Below are positions 59,001-64,000 of a stretch of DNA of 64,000 nucleotides, piece by piece. A program made the translations under genes and the position numbers. The stretch's first letter is position 1. The number at the start of each line of letters is the position of its first letter. The notes under the pieces are model-generated. The model did no database searches, was not told where the DNA came from, and was given only the letters and a program-made list of their open reading frames with translations. The stretch is from a virus, in IMG/VR virus record IMGVR_UViG_3300002925_000017. The stretch is one strand, 5' to 3'.

Positions 59001-59587
59001 GTTTTACCTGCTATATCATAAGTTCCATCTGGTTTTAATATATATTCTACATTAGGGTCTTGCATCATTTTAGTAATAGCTTTCATTAAACGAGTTTGAC
59101 TGTTACCTCCCATGCTCATTAAAGCAGCTTGTCTAAGCTTATCGTTATTTCTTAATAACATAGCTAATTTTCCAGCTTTTATTCTATAACCTTCTTCGTT
59201 TATTCCTCCTTCTTCAAAATATCTAATATTACCTCCTTTAGCATATTTAACTGCTAAATCTTTGTTATTATTATTAACGAAAGTATTTATTACTTCTGCT
59301 TCTTTTTCTACTTCTTTACCAAGCAAACCAGAAAGATTTGATAATAAATTTTCTTCGTCTTGCCGAGTAATTGTTTCTATTATTTTATCTTTTGCTAAAT
59401 TTCTAATATCTTGTATAATTAATTCAGCAGGTATTCCAAAAGATTTATTTTTTTCAATTAAATCTTTTACTTCTCTAGTTTTACTAAATCCAGATTCTTC
59501 TATATATTTATCCAACTGTGTTAAAACATCGGATTCGTTTTCAACTTGAAAAATTTCTTTTAATAATTCAATTTCTTCAGATTTCAT
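56064..59587 (-). CDS. putative internal virion (cargo) protein of ~1174 aa, split by a -1 frameshift at the A10 run (57613-57622)
   Basis: The 661-aa ORF stops 9 nt after the A10 run; the -1 frame is open from 57620 to 56064 with no ATG until 57092 and reads ...LFKKK/KFNLGG... Confidence 0.75.
57300..57445 (-). repeat. N/Q/T-rich imperfect tandem repeat (NNQNTV-like units)
   Basis: Repeated AATAATCAAAATACT/ACAGTT units within the frameshift-extended reading frame. Confidence 0.65.
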
Positions 59588-60465
59588 ACTAATTGTAATA
59601 TTTTTTGATATTGTTTAGTGTCTTTTATTGTTTGTGCAATATTTAGTAACTCTTCCCTATTTTTTATATTATCTATCTCTTTTATTTTTTTAGGTATTTC
59701 TATGTCTAACCTTATAAAATTATCATTTAATAAATAATTTAATATTTCATTAGTAAATATACTTTGTCCTTTAAACATTACATTTAATAATGGAGTATTT
59801 CCATTTTTAGATAACCATTCTTTAACTCCCCAATTTTCAGGATAAAAGCTATAACTATCAATTCCAGTTCCTATGCTTACTATAATAATATTTTTTAAAT
59901 CAAAATTCAATTTTAAAGCTTCAATTAAAAGTATAATAGAAGGATTATTTGCATAAACCCCTCCGTCTATAAAACTTTTATAATTAGCAAAATAAGTTGG
60001 CGCTGATGCTGTTGCTATAGCTACATCGGAAAAAGTGTAATTTCTGTTTTCCCAACTTTTAAATAGAAAAGGAAAATCTTCTATAACATTATAAGCGGTG
60101 GTTATAAATTTAACTTTAGAATCAGTAGTTTTATCATTACCTAAATATTTATTTATAACTTTAATTAATCCTTGATTATCATATTTTGGCGCAGATAAAC
60201 CGAAAAGAGAATTTAATTTCCAAAAGAAATTTCTTTTGAATATATTTTCTCCTTCTTTTAAATAAATATTAAGTATTTCTTCACCACTTAGTCCTTTTGC
60301 TATTGAAGTAGCTATTATTCCTCCTGTAGAAGTACCAACAATTAAATCAAAAACGTTATATGCTTTTTTATTAGAATCTTTTTCAAATTCTTTTATAAAA
60401 AAAGCAGGTATTATACCTCTATAACCACCACCGTCTATAGATAATCCTATAAATTTGTTATTCAT
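59584..60465 (-). CDS. patatin-like phospholipase
   Basis: DGGGYRG oxyanion loop, GTSTG nucleophile, SAPTYF, DGGVYANNP. Confidence 0.93.
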   Translation of the reverse strand: MNNKFIGLSIDGGGYRGIIPAFFIKEFEKDSNKKAYNVFDLIVGTSTGGIIATSIAKGLSGEEILNIYLKEGENIFKRNFFWKLNSLFGLSAPKYDNQGLIKVINKYLGNDKTTDSKVKFITTAYNVIEDFPFLFKSWENRNYTFSDVAIATASAPTYFANYKSFIDGGVYANNPSIILLIEALKLNFDLKNIIIVSIGTGIDSYSFYPENWGVKEWLSKNGNTPLLNVMFKGQSIFTNEILNYLLNDNFIRLDIEIPKKIKEIDNIKNREELLNIAQTIKDTKQYQKILQLV

Positions 60466-60826
60466 TGTCTATAAAATATTCACTAATATTTGAAAACATA
60501 GATACGTCAAAATCTAAACCTTTTAATTTTTCTAAATCTTTTTGTTTTATTTTAAATATATTTACCTCTACTTCTTCATCTCCCCATTCTTTTAATTTAG
60601 CTTGAACTTCTTCTATTTTAGGGTTTTTATTGTCAAAAAAGTTTTTTGATTTTTCTTCATCAGTTCCATATATTGACAATAAACCTTTTATCAATTCATC
60701 TCTTTCTTGTACAGTACTTTTAAAATTCATTGAATTTCTTAATGCTTCATATTTAAAGCAACTTGGAAATTTTTCATCTACAAAGACTAAATATAACCAA
60801 TAAATTGTTTTTTTATCTAATTTCAT
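60458..60826 (-). CDS. hypothetical protein, 122 aa
   Basis: ORF coupled to the patatin gene. Confidence 0.65.
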   Translation of the reverse strand: MKLDKKTIYWLYLVFVDEKFPSCFKYEALRNSMNFKSTVQERDELIKGLLSIYGTDEEKSKNFFDNKNPKIEEVQAKLKEWGDEEVEVNIFKIKQKDLEKLKGLDFDVSMFSNISEYFIDNE

Positions 60827-60832
60827 ATTATT

Positions 60833-62587
60833 TTATAATAAAACACTTCCTTGTTCCCAATTAAATGGGACATTATTATTATCTGTAAGTGAACTAAATG
60901 TTGAGAAATTTATTGTACCAGTTCCTCCAACGTGATATCTATTTCCTGTAGCACCATAATAAGTATTATTTCTTATAATAACTTCACCGCTAACGTATGC
61001 TTTATAACTTGGATTTGGAGAATCAGCACGGGCAGAATTTACTTGTAATCTACCATTAGTACCTAAATATCTAATAATATTATTTTCAAAAGTAACAAAT
61101 TTACTTCTCCATTCTCCTAAATACCCAGTTCCTCTATCGTCTTGGTGTATGTGTATAGGTCTTACTCGTGTGCCTACATTTGTTGAACGACAAATAAATA
61201 AGTTTCTTCTGTATTCAGTATAATTTGAACTGGAATTATATATTCCTCCTCCGTTATCAAGAGAAGTCATTGAATTATCACATTCTATAATTTCACAATC
61301 TTCTACTTTTACATAATGACTTATTTCTACAAATATGCCATTTGAATACGCTTCTATGTACTTACATCTTTTTAACGTAGCATAATAACAGTTATCAAAC
61401 CATTCACCGCAAACACTTGACAATAAAGTTTTATAAGAACAATAGCCTTGTCTAAAAGACACACAATCAAGATGTAATGTCTGCCAAACTCTATTTAGTT
61501 TTCTTGCAAGACTACCTTCTGCATGTGACCAACCACAATATGAACCGAAATAATTAATGGTAGAAATTTCATTTACATTAATTGCAGATTGATTAAAACC
61601 ATTATCCCAACTTGTTTGCGATATTTGTCCTGCTGTTACAACACCAACGCCACAATTTGTTACTCTGCAATTAACTGTATGCGAACCAAATTTATTTCTT
61701 AACGAACCACTACGACACAGAAATACATTTAAATCTTTATAAACCCAACGAAGCATAGGTCTATGGTTTTTGGAAGCATCCCACCTACCTAATGGTCCTC
61801 CTACTGCGCTACCTGATTGATTTGAACCACCTAACCTTGTAATATTAAAACCCTCTACTATACAATTGTCAGCTGCATTACTTGAATGTGGAATTATTCC
61901 GCCAGAAGAAAAAAAAGTAAAATCTCTTGCCCAAAGAATAGTTTTTCCTGTAGGATTTATTCCTATATATAATTCTTTTGTAGTATTATTATAATAAAAT
62001 TTTTCACCGGGATTATTAGTTACTTCTGTTGTAGAAGCTACAGGGTCAAAAGGTATTCCATCAACTTCTAAATGAAATGGTAAATCATAATAATATCCAT
62101 CCCATACTGCTGTATAATTCGGAGGTTGTTCTACACTATTCGGATTAGAACTTAAAGTAGTTACCCATAAACCTCCACTTACTGTCCAACTTGTTAATTG
62201 TAGAGAAGTATCTATAGTAATTAAATTATTACCTAAACTATCTTTTTCACCAAACAAATGAATAATTTTTCCATTATTTGGTTTTAGATTAGCAGTTTTA
62301 TAAATAGTCGGGTTTCCGCCATTAGATTTAAAGATAATACGAGTGTAATTAGGTGCAGAGTCAATAATATTTTGGACATTAAATTCATCTGCTTTTGTAA
62401 TTTCAATTTCGTTAACAAAAGGCAGCCTTGTATGAAATGTCCAAATATCATTTGGCTTCATAGTAATATTAAAAACTAAAGGATTTACCCAACCTACATA
62501 TTCTATAGGTACGTCGTTACTAACAGTAGGATACCCTCCCTCATTGTTATTTAAAGTTGGGTTGTAAAATACTTTAAATCTTTTCAT
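60833..62587 (-). CDS. right-handed parallel beta-helix protein (tailspike/depolymerase-like)
   Basis: Repeating beta-helix pattern with Asn/Cys ladders (YIEAYSNGIFVEISHYVKVEDCEIIEC, TFENNII, IRNNTY); adjacent to tail-fibre genes. Confidence 0.7.
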   Translation of the reverse strand: MKRFKVFYNPTLNNNEGGYPTVSNDVPIEYVGWVNPLVFNITMKPNDIWTFHTRLPFVNEIEITKADEFNVQNIIDSAPNYTRIIFKSNGGNPTIYKTANLKPNNGKIIHLFGEKDSLGNNLITIDTSLQLTSWTVSGGLWVTTLSSNPNSVEQPPNYTAVWDGYYYDLPFHLEVDGIPFDPVASTTEVTNNPGEKFYYNNTTKELYIGINPTGKTILWARDFTFFSSGGIIPHSSNAADNCIVEGFNITRLGGSNQSGSAVGGPLGRWDASKNHRPMLRWVYKDLNVFLCRSGSLRNKFGSHTVNCRVTNCGVGVVTAGQISQTSWDNGFNQSAINVNEISTINYFGSYCGWSHAEGSLARKLNRVWQTLHLDCVSFRQGYCSYKTLLSSVCGEWFDNCYYATLKRCKYIEAYSNGIFVEISHYVKVEDCEIIECDNSMTSLDNGGGIYNSSSNYTEYRRNLFICRSTNVGTRVRPIHIHQDDRGTGYLGEWRSKFVTFENNIIRYLGTNGRLQVNSARADSPNPSYKAYVSGEVIIRNNTYYGATGNRYHVGGTGTINFSTFSSLTDNNNVPFNWEQGSVLL

Positions 62588-63642
62588 TACGGTAAAGCCG
62601 CTATTTGGTCATAAGTAGGTAAAGTTCCTCTATAAAGTGCAAATTTGTTGATATATGGTACAACACCGGCTTTATATTGATTTGGTGCTAATCTACCTCC
62701 TATTGATATATTTTCTGCAATAGCAGATGTACTTAATTTACTAACTGTTACTTTAGTATCCGTAGTTTCTCCTCCTACAGTAGGATTTACCCAACATTCA
62801 AAAGCGCTATTACCTAAACTTCTTACTACTACTTTTATTTCATTACCTATTCTAACATTAGTTAAAGTACCTCCGTATGAGCCAGTTCTTTCTACTCTTA
62901 TATCAGTAGTATTTAAGGTCGCTATACCAAAAAAATTTCCTGATGTAAAAACTACATCAGCTAATTGTAAAAATGCAATAGAAGAACTACCAGTATCCAT
63001 TTTTAATTTTAAAACTATAAAATAGTTATCAGTTGAAGTATTATTCAATTGAATACCGGGAGTAAATGTTCTCCTTAAGTATTCACCAGTGCCTAAATTA
63101 ATTTTTGCTCCAGTAAAATCCACAGTTCCTCCTACTTCTATCCAAGTTCCTCCATAAGAACCTAAATCATTAAGAGAAGTGCCATCTAAGTACATTACTG
63201 GATTTAGTGCTAAGTATGGGTCAGATACTAAAATAACTTGTTCAGTGTTAGACCAATCAGAAAACTCATATCCTCCGTCTATAAATACTTCTGCTCTTAC
63301 TCTCACGTAATAAGTCGGTTGAGTAAGTCCTGTAAAAGCATAAAATAAAGCAGTAGTGGTATATTCTTGTGCTCCAGACATAGTGGGATTTGTTGAAATC
63401 TGAACTCTATACCTATTAGCTAATTGAGTTTCTGGATTTCCGTCTTGATTAGTAAAAATACCTGCTAAATAATTATAAGTAAATGCAGAAGAAGTTAATC
63501 CCGTAATTGATTGAAAAGTAGGCGGTGCTGGTAATTTAAACCATAAATCATTAGAAGTCATTATTGTAGGATAATTTACAGTTCTGTAAATATTACCTAT
63601 ACTAACAAATCTGCCGTTTTTATTATGTATTATATTTTTCAT
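62587..63642 (-). CDS. tail-associated protein with fibronectin type III and LamG/ConA-like domains
   Basis: YRVQIST...TGLTQPTYYVRVRA...FSDWS FN3 pattern; PVMYLDG...ISIGG...INKFALY lectin-like pattern. Confidence 0.65.
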   Translation of the reverse strand: MKNIIHNKNGRFVSIGNIYRTVNYPTIMTSNDLWFKLPAPPTFQSITGLTSSAFTYNYLAGIFTNQDGNPETQLANRYRVQISTNPTMSGAQEYTTTALFYAFTGLTQPTYYVRVRAEVFIDGGYEFSDWSNTEQVILVSDPYLALNPVMYLDGTSLNDLGSYGGTWIEVGGTVDFTGAKINLGTGEYLRRTFTPGIQLNNTSTDNYFIVLKLKMDTGSSSIAFLQLADVVFTSGNFFGIATLNTTDIRVERTGSYGGTLTNVRIGNEIKVVVRSLGNSAFECWVNPTVGGETTDTKVTVSKLSTSAIAENISIGGRLAPNQYKAGVVPYINKFALYRGTLPTYDQIAALP

Positions 63643-63646
63643 AGTT

Positions 63647-64000
63647 TTAATCTATATCTCTCCATTTTTGAGTTGCAGTGTCATAAAATAACATTATAGT
63701 TCTTTTAGGTACTAAAACTATATCTGAATTAACAGTAAAATCAAATCTATTTTGACTTAAACTATTAGTTGAATTATGTAAAAGAGTTATATTATTTATA
63801 CTATCATTACTAACTATTAAAAGCCTTGTAGTCGGTGCTGCTACAAAACCACTAATAGTTACAGAAGAAGATGCAGTTATTGACAAAAACAAAGTATTAC
63901 TTCCTATATCGTAATTATTTTGATTAGATGTTATACTAACGCCATTTCTAAATACATCTAAAGCCCCATTTAAAAATAAATTCCCTTGTAACCCTAAAGC
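63647..64000 (-). CDS. 3' part of a tail-fibre-like gene running off the window edge
   Basis: The frame stays open from 63647 to 64000 (ALGLQGNLFLNGALDVFRNG...); the TTG start in the track is not the real start. Confidence 0.65.
   Translation of the reverse strand, partial: ALGLQGNLFLNGALDVFRNGVSITSNQNNYDIGSNTLFLSITASSSVTISGFVAAPTTRLLIVSNDSINNITLLHNSTNSLSQNRFDFTVNSDIVLVPKRTIMLFYDTATQKWRDID

Noticed and set aside
20942-59549. Short ORFs antisense to the giant genes (e.g. 20942, 22883, 29629, 30172, 32094, 34347, 40017, 40708, 46487-48372, 51115, 53161, 54269, 55999, 59262)
   Set aside because: Shadow ORFs without motifs, nested opposite long conserved coding frames
1-64000. tRNA genes, integrase or transposase
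   Set aside because: No cloverleaf/T-loop signature in the few intergenic gaps and no recombinase or transposase motifs in the ORFs

Overview
This is a very AT-rich fragment of a lytic tailed-phage genome, most consistent with a crAss-like (Crassvirales-type) phage of a Bacteroidota host. There are four strand blocks. (1) + 1-20893, early/replication genes: small ORFs, ATP-dependent ligase, lysozyme-macrodomain fusion, family B polymerase, SF2 and DnaB helicases, a RecT-like annealing protein, SSB, a VirE-N/BT4734-type primase, rIIA/rIIB and an endonuclease VII-type HNH. (2) - 20890-25335, a 1481-aa PD-(D/E)XK nuclease-containing virion-type protein. (3) + 25438-40503, an oppositely oriented ~15-kb block of virion-cargo-like genes: an interrupted ~1770-codon gene (zincins, L,D-transpeptidase-like and lysozyme-like domains) and a 2989-aa polyvalent protein (ART-like, RecD-like helicase, SLOG, four zincins, nucleotidyltransferase, PNK). 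(4) - 40500-64000, a 4571-aa single-chain virion RNA polymerase, cargo proteins (one split by a -1 frameshift at an A10 run), a patatin phospholipase and tail/receptor-binding genes. I saw no tRNA, CRISPR array, integrase or reverse transcriptase. All family assignments come from reading motifs by eye; no database search was run.
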